Shown: positions 9,129 through 18,442 of the stretch, piece after piece
Position numbering within the stretch: the first letter of the stretch is position 1
Layout of the letters: each line of letters begins with the position of its first letter
Source: Fibrobacteria bacterium
Lineage (GTDB): Bacteria > Fibrobacterota > Fibrobacteria > UBA11236
Assembly: GCA_043732185.1 (NCBI GenBank)
Contig: JAYTHY010000068.1
Span: forward strand, 1-33,010
Reading direction: 5' to 3'
Length of the DNA: 33,010 nt
Program-made: the position numbers and the translations under genes
Notes under the pieces: generated by a model
What the model was told of the DNA's origin: nothing
The model's input: the letters and a program-made list of their open reading frames with translations, nothing else
Databases searched by the model: none

Positions 9129-9452
9129 ATGAAAATCGAACCCACTCCCCATAAACTGCATTTGTTCTTTTGTACCAATACCCGGCAGAACGGCGAAAAG
9201 TCCTGCGGGGACACGGCGGACACACAGATTCTCGCCGATGGACTGAAGCTGCGTTTCAAAGAGGCTAAGCTCCCTGTCCGGATTACCCGCACGGCCTGTC
9301 TTGGACCCTGTGCCCAAGGCCCGAATATCATGGGTTACCCCCAAAACGTCTGGTTTCAGGATGTGCGTAAAGAGGATGAGGAAGCGATTGCCAATGAGGT
9401 TTTACGCATACTTTCCAAAGGAATGCCTACCATTCCCACCCAAAACGGGTAG
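9129..9452 (+). CDS. Thioredoxin-like [2Fe-2S] ferredoxin
   Basis: HLFFCTNTR...SC...TACLGPCAQGP...YPQNVW, four-Cys pattern of this family. Start moved to ATG 9129. Confidence 0.88.
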   Translation: MKIEPTPHKLHLFFCTNTRQNGEKSCGDTADTQILADGLKLRFKEAKLPVRITRTACLGPCAQGPNIMGYPQNVWFQDVRKEDEEAIANEVLRILSKGMPTIPTQNG

Positions 9453-9458
9453 ACATTT

Positions 9459-9478
9459 GGTAGCGTCCACGCTACTTT
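9459..9478 (+). terminator. Possible weak intrinsic terminator after the ferredoxin gene
   Basis: GGTAGCG-TCCA-CGCTACT followed by only a short T-run. Confidence 0.4.
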
Positions 9479-9545
9479 AGGGGCTGCCTACTCCATTTGG
9501 CCTAGGGTCAGATTTTCGGGCGAAGGGCAAAAAGGAGCGCATAAA

Positions 9546-11291
9546 ATGGTGACAAAATTGGGTTGGCAATTGAAGTTGAAAACTCTTGGGCTAAGCTTTC
9601 TTCTCTTGCTCTTGGCGGTAACCTCGTCCAATGCGCAAGTCGCCTGGAAACCTTCGCTAAACATCGGCGAATTGTCTGGAGTCAATCCCGGTATCGACCT
9701 CATCGATCTACGGCCCGCCACTATGACCAAACGCATTGGCGGCTGGGACTGGTTAAACGACAATGAAATAGTTTTTGGCAATTGGGAATGGGATAGGGGA
9801 GAGATCTGGGTTCTGACTGGGCTCAAAACGCCTTCCAAGGCTGGTATTAGCATACGTCGGTATTACCCTACCGACATTCGAGAGCCATTGGGCATAAAAG
9901 TTGTGAACGGAGTTGTTTATGTTGCCCACAAATGGGCCATCACTAAATTGATCGATGCGGATAAAAACGGAACTGCCGAATCCGCAGAAACCATTGTCGA
10001 TTTCTTGCATAATCCGGATGGCGCAAACCTTTACTCCATGGATCTAAAATATAAGGATGGGTTTTTCTATACGGCCCTGCCTTCCTTGACCACGGCAGGA
10101 GGAGGCGTGGGTTATCCGGTTCCCAAAGAGAGGGGTACGGTTGCCAAAGTCAATTTGACGACCAAGACCATTGAATATTTGTGCTGGGGATTGCGCACTC
10201 CGGATGGATTGGGCTGGGGTCCGGAAGGAGAGTTGTTCACCACCGATAATCAGGGCGCATGGCTGCCCAGCAGTAAATTGATTCATGTGACTAAAAACAG
10301 ATTTTTTGGGTTGCAACCCGTTTTGGGCGGCGATCCTACTCTGGTCGAATCCCCACCGGCGATTTGGATGCCCCATTTAGAGGCGAGCAATTCCCCCACG
10401 CAGCCCATGCTGCTCAGCACCGGCCCCTTTGCCGGCCAAATGCTGATTGGGGACGATTACTACGGCAATGTGCACCGCGCCTTCTTGGAAAAAGTGAATG
10501 GGGAGTTCCAGGGTGCCCTGTTTCATTACACCGGAGGCCTTACTTGCGGAGTCCATCGGTTTTTGGAATATGCCAATGGCGACGTGTTATTTGGTGGATT
10601 AGGCGATGGATCTACCTGGGCATGGCAAAACAATCATTACGGTTTACAACTGATGAAAAACAAGCCGACCCCGGCCTTTGAAGTTGCGGAAATCCTTTCG
10701 CGATCCAACGGGTTTACACTTCGATTCACTAGGCCGGTGGGGCTAACAGCAGAATCTCCGGATTACTACCATGCCGAATCCTGGTCTTACAAACCGACCA
10801 ATGATTACGGTGGACCCAAAATTGGATTTACAACATTAACCGTTAATAAAGTGACCGTAGACGCCTCCAGAATGCTGGTCAATTTGCAAATACCCAATTT
10901 GGTCAAAGGTAAAGTCGTGCATTTCTCGTTTCATGCGGATTTGAAATCGACTGCAAATGAAGTTTTATGGACCGGTGAATCCTGGTATACTTTGAATTCT
11001 ATCAGCACCGAAGCAGCCCCCTTTCCAGTGGGCATCACCCCCAGAAAAGTCCAAACGGATTTGTCCAATCCCAAGGTCCAGTACCGTAACGGTGCGCTGC
11101 TCGTTTCGTTTAATCAGCCCGTCTGGGATAAAGTGGAAGTGCGCAATGGGAAAGGCATCTTGGTTCTGACTAAAAATACCGAAGGACAATCCGAAATGTC
11201 CTTACCCATGCCAAAAACCTCTCGGGGCCTGCATATTGTTTCCATGCTTGGAAACCATATCCATTGGTCACAAAAAATTTTGGTTCCGTGA
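9546..11291 (+). CDS. Secreted beta-propeller protein (glucose/sorbosone-dehydrogenase-like superfamily) with putative T9SS-type C-terminal sorting domain
   Basis: AAAGGAG RBS; signal peptide ending SSNA-Q; EPLGI, GLRTPDGLGWGPEGELFTTDNQGAWLPSSKL motifs; PVGI linker then a ~80-aa beta-rich tail ending SQKILVP. Confidence 0.7.
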   Translation: MVTKLGWQLKLKTLGLSFLLLLLAVTSSNAQVAWKPSLNIGELSGVNPGIDLIDLRPATMTKRIGGWDWLNDNEIVFGNWEWDRGEIWVLTGLKTPSKAGISIRRYYPTDIREPLGIKVVNGVVYVAHKWAITKLIDADKNGTAESAETIVDFLHNPDGANLYSMDLKYKDGFFYTALPSLTTAGGGVGYPVPKERGTVAKVNLTTKTIEYLCWGLRTPDGLGWGPEGELFTTDNQGAWLPSSKLIHVTKNRFFGLQPVLGGDPTLVESPPAIWMPHLEASNSPTQPMLLSTGPFAGQMLIGDDYYGNVHRAFLEKVNGEFQGALFHYTGGLTCGVHRFLEYANGDVLFGGLGDGSTWAWQNNHYGLQLMKNKPTPAFEVAEILSRSNGFTLRFTRPVGLTAESPDYYHAESWSYKPTNDYGGPKIGFTTLTVNKVTVDASRMLVNLQIPNLVKGKVVHFSFHADLKSTANEVLWTGESWYTLNSISTEAAPFPVGITPRKVQTDLSNPKVQYRNGALLVSFNQPVWDKVEVRNGKGILVLTKNTEGQSEMSLPMPKTSRGLHIVSMLGNHIHWSQKILVP

Positions 11292-12340
11292 CTCCGGATC
11301 CAAGTCCTGAGCACAAACGCCGCGTGCGTTACCGGGGAACTCATCCCCGGGGGTTTGGTGAGAAATATAAAGAACTGAACCCGGGTCTTTATGCAGCAGA
11401 TTTTCAGAAAGTCATCGATCGCGGCCAAACTCCAGTAGGGACGCATCGACCAATTTGCGTGCAGGAAATTCTCCATTGGCTTGCCCCTAAACCCGGAGAT
11501 ATTGGCTTGGATGCCACCTTGGGTTATGGTGGTCATGCCCAAGAACTTCTCCCTCGAATTGCGCCGGGTGGGCGGCTTTTCGGTATAGATGTGGATCCTT
11601 TGGAATTGCCTAGAACCGAAGCACGATTACGCAGTTTAGGTTTCAACGAGCGGGAGTTGGTTGTCCAACGTATGAACTTTGCCGGATTGGCAAAGCTGCT
11701 TCCAGAGGCCGGTGGTGGTTTTGATTTTGTGCTGGCCGATTTAGGCGTTTCTTCCATGCAAATCGACAACCCAGCCCGTGGATTTACCTTCAAGGCAGAT
11801 GGCCCATTGGATTTGCGACTCAATCCTGAACATGGCCAATCCGCGGCGGCATTGCTCCAATCCATCAATCATCGGGACCTTGTGTTGCTGCTTTATGAGA
11901 ATTCGGATGAACCGCATGCCGAAGAAATTGCTACCGCCATTGCAAACGCAAAGGGAAGGATCCAATCCACTCGTGATTTGGTTGAGATCGTACGCCTGGC
12001 CCTCAAAATAGTTCCGAAAGACGTGCGCGAGCTGGCGACAACCAGTGCGATGCAACGCACCTTTCAGGCTTTGCGCATTGCTGTAAATGATGAATTTGGC
12101 GTTTTGGATCGCTTGTTGGATGTATTGCCAGCATGCCTTAATCCCGGAGGACGAGTGGCCATCTTGACTTTTCATTCGGGTGAAGATCGCCGGGTAAAGA
12201 AATCATTTCAAGCCCGCGAACGTGCAGGCATCTACAGCCGTGTGGCGCCCGATCCCATCCGACCCACTTCGCAAGAGCGCCACTCTAATCCCAGAAGTGC
12301 TTCCGCTAAATTGCGCTGGGCCATACGCGCGCAAGTTTAG
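11288..12340 (+). CDS. rsmH: RsmH/MraW-family SAM-dependent methyltransferase (16S rRNA m4C1402-type), paralog-like with N-terminal extension
   Basis: DATLGYGGHA, DLGVSSMQID, RGFTF, PLDLR, RTFQALRIAVNDE, FHSGEDR, NPRSASAKLR. Probable start GTG 11288 (GTGA overlap with the upstream stop, in frame with the 11264 ORF). Confidence 0.88.
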   Translation: MTPDPSPEHKRRVRYRGTHPRGFGEKYKELNPGLYAADFQKVIDRGQTPVGTHRPICVQEILHWLAPKPGDIGLDATLGYGGHAQELLPRIAPGGRLFGIDVDPLELPRTEARLRSLGFNERELVVQRMNFAGLAKLLPEAGGGFDFVLADLGVSSMQIDNPARGFTFKADGPLDLRLNPEHGQSAAALLQSINHRDLVLLLYENSDEPHAEEIATAIANAKGRIQSTRDLVEIVRLALKIVPKDVRELATTSAMQRTFQALRIAVNDEFGVLDRLLDVLPACLNPGGRVAILTFHSGEDRRVKKSFQARERAGIYSRVAPDPIRPTSQERHSNPRSASAKLRWAIRAQV

Positions 12341-13356
12341 ACTTTTGGATTGTTCCGATGTAGGTTGGCTTGCCTAATTATTTCGTCCAATTTTCCAGAG
12401 TCTTTCCAAGTAGTGGGTGTTTCCTCGGAAAAGTGACGGAGAAAATCCGGACCTAACCCCCAATCCCAAGCGTCAAGAAAATTATTTCCATCCCAAGCAA
12501 TGCCAAGATAAAAAGCATGGAGCAAATGATTTTGGGCTCCCAGGACTGCGTAATCGTCCTCGTTCAATTCTTCATTGAGCCGTTTTAAATAGGCCTGGCC
12601 GTCTCCAGAATAAATTTTATCACCTACCACCGGGCAGCCTGCATGCGCTAGGTGCACTCGCAGCTGATGCTTGCGACCTGTTATGGGTGAGAGGACGACC
12701 AGAGAAAGGCCGTCTTTGCAGGCCATGGTTTGATACAAGGTCAAGGCAGATTTCCCACCAGGCTGGGCGTGGACTCGGCAACGGATGGCATCATCCGGTA
12801 GCATTGTTAAGGATTGGTCCAAAATCCCAACTCCGGATTCTGGCAAGGAACCGCGAATGACGGCCATATACAGTTTAGTCCAGGACGATGCTACACTTTC
12901 CGGTGACAAATGTCGTAATGCTGCGGACCCGCGCGCAAAGGCAACCAACCCACTTGTTTCCCGGTCTAGGCGATTTAAAGGCGACCAGGCAGTATCCTGC
13001 AAGCGCTCACGTAAAAGATTGGCCAAGGTTTGAAAAAAGATTTTGCCTGTACGATGCACGGGCATTCCTGCGGGTTTATGAACCAGACACAAATTGGGTG
13101 ATTGTCGAAGGATCACAAAATCAATGGGCACTTCTGGTTCTTCATAATCGACCACCGCAAAGCGCAAATTTTGCCCCTCGCGAAGTGGCTCCTGACCCTG
13201 TGCAGGTTTTCCTTCCAAAGTCAATCGTCCCAATGCCAACAACGCCCGCCATTCCTCGGGAGAATGGTAGGTGAAGCGCCGATTTAGATAGTCTTGGAGG
13301 GTGTCACGACCCGGATTTCGAATGCGAGTCGTGAAGGAGGAATTGATCCTGGGCAA
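12337..13356 (-). CDS. RluA/RluD-family RNA pseudouridine synthase with S4-like N-terminus
   Basis: HKPAGMPVH, NRLDRETSGL (catalytic Asp), TGRKHQLRVHL, PVVGDKIY, LHA. Confidence 0.92.
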   Translation of the reverse strand: MPRINSSFTTRIRNPGRDTLQDYLNRRFTYHSPEEWRALLALGRLTLEGKPAQGQEPLREGQNLRFAVVDYEEPEVPIDFVILRQSPNLCLVHKPAGMPVHRTGKIFFQTLANLLRERLQDTAWSPLNRLDRETSGLVAFARGSAALRHLSPESVASSWTKLYMAVIRGSLPESGVGILDQSLTMLPDDAIRCRVHAQPGGKSALTLYQTMACKDGLSLVVLSPITGRKHQLRVHLAHAGCPVVGDKIYSGDGQAYLKRLNEELNEDDYAVLGAQNHLLHAFYLGIAWDGNNFLDAWDWGLGPDFLRHFSEETPTTWKDSGKLDEIIRQANLHRNNPKV

Positions 13357-13368
13357 ATTAAGGGCGCA

Positions 13369-13953
13369 CTATTTTTGCGCCATGAGCTCGAACTCGGACT
13401 TGATAAGAGTCGGAGTAGAATCGGCATCGAAGCTTTTATAACGGATATATTCGCCTTTGGCATTGATGACCATCAGCAGCGGAATGGATCCGGTCCCATA
13501 ATTATCACCGAACTTACGATCTTCATCATAAAAAACCGGTACATGCACACTGTACTCACGGATAAAACTGCGAATGTCTTCCTCAGCATTGTATTTGATG
13601 GCTATGGCAATGGTGGAAACGCCTTTGCCTGTCAGTTCATCGGCCAGCTTTTGAACAAATGGATAGGCATGTTGGCAATGCGGGCATTTGGCGGAAAAAT
13701 AAAAGACCAAAAGTTTTCGGTTGGAGAAATGCGACAGCTTCATGTTGCCATCGGATATGGCTTTGGGACTAAGGGAAAAGTCAACATGGGCGCGCTTGCC
13801 TTTTTTATCGAGTTCGAAGGTCGGTGGCGCCTCCGGTGCCTGCGGCCCCTGCACTGGACCTCGCAAGGGTTGAGGAAAAGCCAAGTTTAAACAAAATCCA
13901 GCCAAGACAGAAATAAATGGGATCGCCTTAATGTGACGCATGGGAATAATCAT
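13369..13953 (-). CDS. Exported TlpA/ResA-like thiol-disulfide oxidoreductase (start could be ATG 13941)
   Basis: Signal peptide; LVFYFSAKCPHC (CxxC); YGTGSIP cis-Pro loop followed by VINAKG. Confidence 0.88.
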   Translation of the reverse strand: MIIPMRHIKAIPFISVLAGFCLNLAFPQPLRGPVQGPQAPEAPPTFELDKKGKRAHVDFSLSPKAISDGNMKLSHFSNRKLLVFYFSAKCPHCQHAYPFVQKLADELTGKGVSTIAIAIKYNAEEDIRSFIREYSVHVPVFYDEDRKFGDNYGTGSIPLLMVINAKGEYIRYKSFDADSTPTLIKSEFELMAQK

Positions 13954-14047
13954 CTCCTTATAAGTCGCTAAAAAGATACAAGGCTGGAGTGGGATCGGAC
14001 AAGGAAAAACCTAAAAATTGTAGTTCACGAAGCATTTTTTTCGTCGC

Positions 14048-14104
14048 TTGCAATCTTGTGGGCACCGGCTAGAATTGCCTCATTTAGGCGCTATATTGTA
14101 TACT
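14048..14104 (+). promoter_or_regulatory. One or two putative sigma70 promoters for the phosphatase gene
   Basis: TTGCAA(14048)-16nt-TAGAAT(14070) and TTGCCT(14075)-18nt-TATACT(14099). Confidence 0.5.
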
Positions 14105-14164
14105 TATCATGTGGATTATTACCGTTTTTACACAAAGTTCCTTCTCTCGGGTCAACCGTAAAAG

Positions 14165-15904
14165 GTGAATGATTTGAATTTTTCCGGTAGTACCGGCGAG
14201 CTAGGCCCGGAAATCAATAAACTGAAACAACAGAACGTTCAGCTGCAACACTTGTTGAAGTACAAGGACGATGTCGAAATTCCCACTTTGAAACGTCAGA
14301 TGGGTCATTTCCAGCATGAGCTGCAAACCACCAAATCCCATTTGAACGAAACGGTTAAACAGGAAGATTTTCTGGATCGGAAAACCGGTATTATTCATAT
14401 TGACCGGGACATGCGCGTTATCAAAATCAACAGCTATGCTTTGGAAATCCTTGGAACCATGCAGACTCAAGCCATTGGGCGTTCCATTAAAGAGGTGGGC
14501 ATCCATTCGCAAAGCGGTAGGCCGATTTTTGGAGATATTGATTATTATCTAGAGCCGGAAGGAAAGGAAAGCGATTGGGAAAAAGAAATTCCCATGCCCA
14601 ACGGTGACAAGAGGTATTACCATTTTCGCAGTTCCTTAATCAACGGCACTCGGCTCATCAGTATCATAGAAGTGACGGATTTAAGGCTTTCGGAAAGCCG
14701 GGTCAAGGCCATTATTGGCTCCTCAAAAGACGGGATCGCTTTGGTTGATGAAGCGTTCATCATTCGTTCGACCAATGCGCGATTTGGAAAGTTGTTCGGA
14801 CTCAACTGGCGGCAATTCGCCGGGATGCAATTCGACATCGCCGCAGATCTGCTCCAATATCATTTCAAGGATTCGCAAGAGTTTATGCAATTCTATTCTT
14901 CGATTCAGCAAGAACCCCAAAAGCATGGCGAGCAGCTGTTTGAAATGGAATTGCCTCAAGCGGCCACCTACCAAATTTACACACGGCCGATCCTGGACGA
15001 GCAAAGCAGGCTAATCGGTCGGGTCTGGTTTGTAACAGATGTTTCTCAATTCAAGGAAATGGAAAAAAAGTTGGCCGCCCATGCACAAGACCTGGAAGAC
15101 AAAGTCCGGGTCCGCACCGAGGAACTGAATATCCAGAATCAAGAACTGGTGCGTGTGCGGCAAGAAACTGAGATTGAACTGGATATGGCCATGCAGGTGC
15201 AGCAAGGTATGCTGCCCAAAACGCTGCCACGCCTGGATGGATATGAAGTAGCTGCCGCTTACGTGCCCACCGGCAAGGTCAGCGGCGACTTTTACGATTT
15301 CATTATGATCGATGCACACCGTATTTTTATGCTGATGACGGATGTTTCCGGTCATGGCGTGCCTGCGGCGCTGGTGACCGCTATGGCAAAAATGGCCTTT
15401 GACCGACACGTGAAATCTGATATGCCGATTTCCCAGATTCTCAAACAGGTGAATATCGATCTCTGCGCCGCCATCAATACGGATCATTATTTAACGGCTT
15501 TTGTGGGTATTCTCGATCTGCGGACTGGAGGGCTCAAGTACAGCCGAGTTTGCCATCCTTACCCGGTTATCTATCGGCATAAAACCAAGTCCTTGGAACA
15601 TTTGGAAATGCGGGGAGGTTTTTTCCTGGGGATGTTCGAGGACAATAATTATTCGGAAGAAGAGACCGTGCTCAATCCAGGTGATCTCCTGTTTGTCTAC
15701 ACGGATGGTATCAACGAAAGCTTCAACAACCAAGACGAACTCTATGGGCGGAAACGCTTGGAAGAAGTCATTCATAAATACGCGCCCCAGGGCCCGACTG
15801 AAACAGTCGCCCAAACCCAAAGGGACAAAGAAAACTTTTCCGAGGGTCGCCTTAGCCAGGATGACATCTCCATTTTCGCGATTAAAAGAACCGAAAAAGG
15901 CTGA
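14165..15904 (+). CDS. Cytoplasmic PAS-PAS-SpoIIE (RsbU/RsbP-like PP2C) Ser/Thr phosphatase
   Basis: Two PAS-like segments (GIIHIDRDMRVIKIN; DGIALVDEAFIIRSTN), coiled coil, then AMQVQQGMLP, VSGDFYD, DVSGHGVPAAL, YTDGINE, QDDIS. Confidence 0.93.
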   Translation: MNDLNFSGSTGELGPEINKLKQQNVQLQHLLKYKDDVEIPTLKRQMGHFQHELQTTKSHLNETVKQEDFLDRKTGIIHIDRDMRVIKINSYALEILGTMQTQAIGRSIKEVGIHSQSGRPIFGDIDYYLEPEGKESDWEKEIPMPNGDKRYYHFRSSLINGTRLISIIEVTDLRLSESRVKAIIGSSKDGIALVDEAFIIRSTNARFGKLFGLNWRQFAGMQFDIAADLLQYHFKDSQEFMQFYSSIQQEPQKHGEQLFEMELPQAATYQIYTRPILDEQSRLIGRVWFVTDVSQFKEMEKKLAAHAQDLEDKVRVRTEELNIQNQELVRVRQETEIELDMAMQVQQGMLPKTLPRLDGYEVAAAYVPTGKVSGDFYDFIMIDAHRIFMLMTDVSGHGVPAALVTAMAKMAFDRHVKSDMPISQILKQVNIDLCAAINTDHYLTAFVGILDLRTGGLKYSRVCHPYPVIYRHKTKSLEHLEMRGGFFLGMFEDNNYSEEETVLNPGDLLFVYTDGINESFNNQDELYGRKRLEEVIHKYAPQGPTETVAQTQRDKENFSEGRLSQDDISIFAIKRTEKG

Positions 15905-15956
15905 TTCTAGCCTCTCAACTTTTTATCTTGCCACTTAAAGTCCTGGAGGATTTCGT

Positions 15957-16946
15957 TTGAATATTTTAGTTGTCGGCGGCGCTGGATATATCGGCTCGCA
16001 TGTTTGTAAGGCTCTGATAAAAGAGGGCGTGGACGTCACCGTTTTCGATAATCTGTCTTCTGGCCTAAGGGGAAACATCCAACCCGGCGTCCATTTTTGT
16101 GAAGGGGATATCTTGGATCTGGCAGCCCTCGATGCGGTTTGCGGCTCCAAAAAATTTGATGGCGTCATTCATTTGGCCGCACTCAAGGCTGCGGGGGAAT
16201 CGATGTTGGTGCCAGAACGCTATTCGACCCATAATATCACCGGCACCTTGAACTTGCTCAATGCGGTTAGCAAACATGGAATCGGTTGCTTTGTCTTTTC
16301 CTCTACGGCCGCCGTGTACGGCGATCCCCACTATCTGCCCATGGACGAAAAACATCCTACAGCTCCTGCCAATTATTACGGCTATACCAAGCTGGCCATC
16401 GAGGGCTTTTTAGACTGGTACGGTAGGCTGAAGGGACTCAAGTATGCAGCTTTGCGGTATTTTAATGCCGCCGGATACGATTTGGATGGGGATATCATGG
16501 GACTCGAACAGAATCCAGCGAACTTGGTTCCCGTAATCATGGAAACGGCCATGGGCTGGCGACCAAAAATGTTGGTGTACGGCAATGATTATGACACGCG
16601 TGACGGATCCTGCATTCGAGATTATATCCATGTTTCCGATCTTGCACGTGCGCATGTGGCAGCATTACGCAAACTGATTTCCGGCAGCGGCAACCTTACT
16701 GTTAACCTGGGCACTGGGGAAGGCATAACGGTTTTAGAAATGGTGAAGAAGGCGGAGGAGATTATCGGCAAGCCCCTGGCCTATGAAATTGTTGGGCGAC
16801 GCGCGGGCGATCCTCCTGCCGTCGTCGCTTCTTCCGCCGTTGCCAAAACCCTGCTCAACTGGGAGGCCAAGCACAGCGATGCGGCCACCTTGCTCACAAC
16901 CACCTGGAAAGCCTATCTGGCCAATGCGAAAGTAAGGCGTGTATGA
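15957..16946 (+). CDS. galE: UDP-glucose 4-epimerase
   Basis: GGAGYIGSH, HLAALKAAGES, FSSTAAVYG, YGYTK (YxxxK), LRYFNAAG, DGSCIRDYIHV, RRAGDPP; GGAGGA RBS before TTG. Confidence 0.95.
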   Translation: MNILVVGGAGYIGSHVCKALIKEGVDVTVFDNLSSGLRGNIQPGVHFCEGDILDLAALDAVCGSKKFDGVIHLAALKAAGESMLVPERYSTHNITGTLNLLNAVSKHGIGCFVFSSTAAVYGDPHYLPMDEKHPTAPANYYGYTKLAIEGFLDWYGRLKGLKYAALRYFNAAGYDLDGDIMGLEQNPANLVPVIMETAMGWRPKMLVYGNDYDTRDGSCIRDYIHVSDLARAHVAALRKLISGSGNLTVNLGTGEGITVLEMVKKAEEIIGKPLAYEIVGRRAGDPPAVVASSAVAKTLLNWEAKHSDAATLLTTTWKAYLANAKVRRV

Positions 16947-18418
16947 AAGAATTCCCACATACTTTGGGTGCTTTGAAGCGATCGGGCTATCAGGTCAAAT
17001 CCGTTAAACAGGAGTTGCGGGACAATATGCTGGCCCGTATTCGCGGTGGTGGCCCGTTGTTACCCGGCATTATCGGCTATGAAGAAACTGTCCTTAAACA
17101 AATTTCCCATTCCATTCTCTCCAAACACGACATCCTTTTGCTGGGACTGCGTGGCCAAGGCAAGACCCGCATCCTACGCCGCCTCGTGGATTTTTTGGAT
17201 GAGCGCGTGCCAATAGTTGAAGGGAGTGAAATCAACGACAATCCCTTTGCGCCACTATCCCGATTCGCGCAAGACCGTATCGCCGAGTTTGGGGACGATA
17301 CACCCATTGCGTGGATTGGGCGTGAGAGCCGATATGGTGAGAAGCTGGCAACTCCGGATGTTTCTATGGCGGATCTGATCGGAGATATCGATCCGGTCAA
17401 GGCCTTCCACCAAAAGCTAGGCTACGGACACGAAGGCGCGATTCAATTTGGCATCATTCCGCGTACCAATCGTGGCATTTTTGTAATCAATGAATTACCC
17501 GATCTTCAAGCCCGCATCCAAGTCGGCTTACTCAACATCATGGAAGAGCGCGATGTTCAAATCCGGGGCATTCGAATTAGAATACCGCTCGACTTGATGA
17601 TGGCTTTTTCAGCGAATCCCGAAGACTATACCAATCGAGGCAATATCATTACGCCGCTTAAGGATAGAATCGATTCACAAATTATCACGCATTACCCTAA
17701 GGATACGGGTACGGCTATGAAGATTACAAGACAAGAAGCTTGGCTCAATCGCGGTACCGCAGTTACACCCGTTCTTGCTGAACCTATTTGCAGAATCGTC
17801 GAACAAATCGCCTTTGAGGCACGTGAAGATAAAGACTTCATCGATCAGAAGTCTGGTGTTTCCGCACGCTTATCCATAGCAGCCCTCGAACTCTTAGCCA
17901 GTGCCGTGGAATTGCGCGGAGCGCATACCGGTGAAGTGACTCCCAGAGCGCGCCTTTCCGATCTGGAAAGTGTTATGCCCGCCATCACAGGAAAATTGGA
18001 ACTCGTCTATGCGGGCGAACAAGAAGGGCCTGCCAATATTGCTAGGGCCATGGTGGCCAAAGCGACCAAGCGGGTTTTTCATCGCTACTTTCAAGATCCC
18101 TACAATAAACGGGAAAAGTCGCCAGAGGAGAATCCCTATTTTCCGGTATTGTCCTGGTTCGAAAAGGGAAACACTTTGACTCTAGATGATAACATGGACG
18201 ACGGTGCTTATCGAAAGGCGCTGGAATCGGTGCCGGAAATTGGCAAAGTGATGAAAAAGGTGGTGGCATTGGATGCCCCCGTTCAACCCCCTGAAGACGC
18301 TGCGCTATTCCTGGAATTGCTTTTGGAAGGCCTCCATCTGCATTCTCGATTGAGCAAGGAAAACTTGACGGAAGGTTTTATCTACAGGGACATGATGTCG
18401 GATATTCTAACGCGATAA
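16943..18418 (+). CDS. AAA+ ATPase of the 'magnesium chelatase-like'/MoxR-related family partnered with VWA proteins
   Basis: Walker A GLRGQGKT, Walker B variant FVINELPDL, SANPEDYTNRG, PLKDR; ATGA overlap with galE. Confidence 0.88.
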   Translation: MKEFPHTLGALKRSGYQVKSVKQELRDNMLARIRGGGPLLPGIIGYEETVLKQISHSILSKHDILLLGLRGQGKTRILRRLVDFLDERVPIVEGSEINDNPFAPLSRFAQDRIAEFGDDTPIAWIGRESRYGEKLATPDVSMADLIGDIDPVKAFHQKLGYGHEGAIQFGIIPRTNRGIFVINELPDLQARIQVGLLNIMEERDVQIRGIRIRIPLDLMMAFSANPEDYTNRGNIITPLKDRIDSQIITHYPKDTGTAMKITRQEAWLNRGTAVTPVLAEPICRIVEQIAFEAREDKDFIDQKSGVSARLSIAALELLASAVELRGAHTGEVTPRARLSDLESVMPAITGKLELVYAGEQEGPANIARAMVAKATKRVFHRYFQDPYNKREKSPEENPYFPVLSWFEKGNTLTLDDNMDDGAYRKALESVPEIGKVMKKVVALDAPVQPPEDAALFLELLLEGLHLHSRLSKENLTEGFIYRDMMSDILTR

Positions 18419-18442
18419 ATTAAATCGAGATAGGCTGACTCT

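Noticed and set aside
13294..13890. 198-aa + strand ORF and the many other antisense or nested ORFs in the track
   Set aside because: Shadows of well-supported genes on the opposite strand or another frame, with no motifs of their own.
16943..18418. True magnesium chelatase (chlorophyll synthesis)
   Set aside because: No chelatase H subunit or bch/chl genes in the window; the VWA partner and motifs fit the generic AAA+/VWA family.
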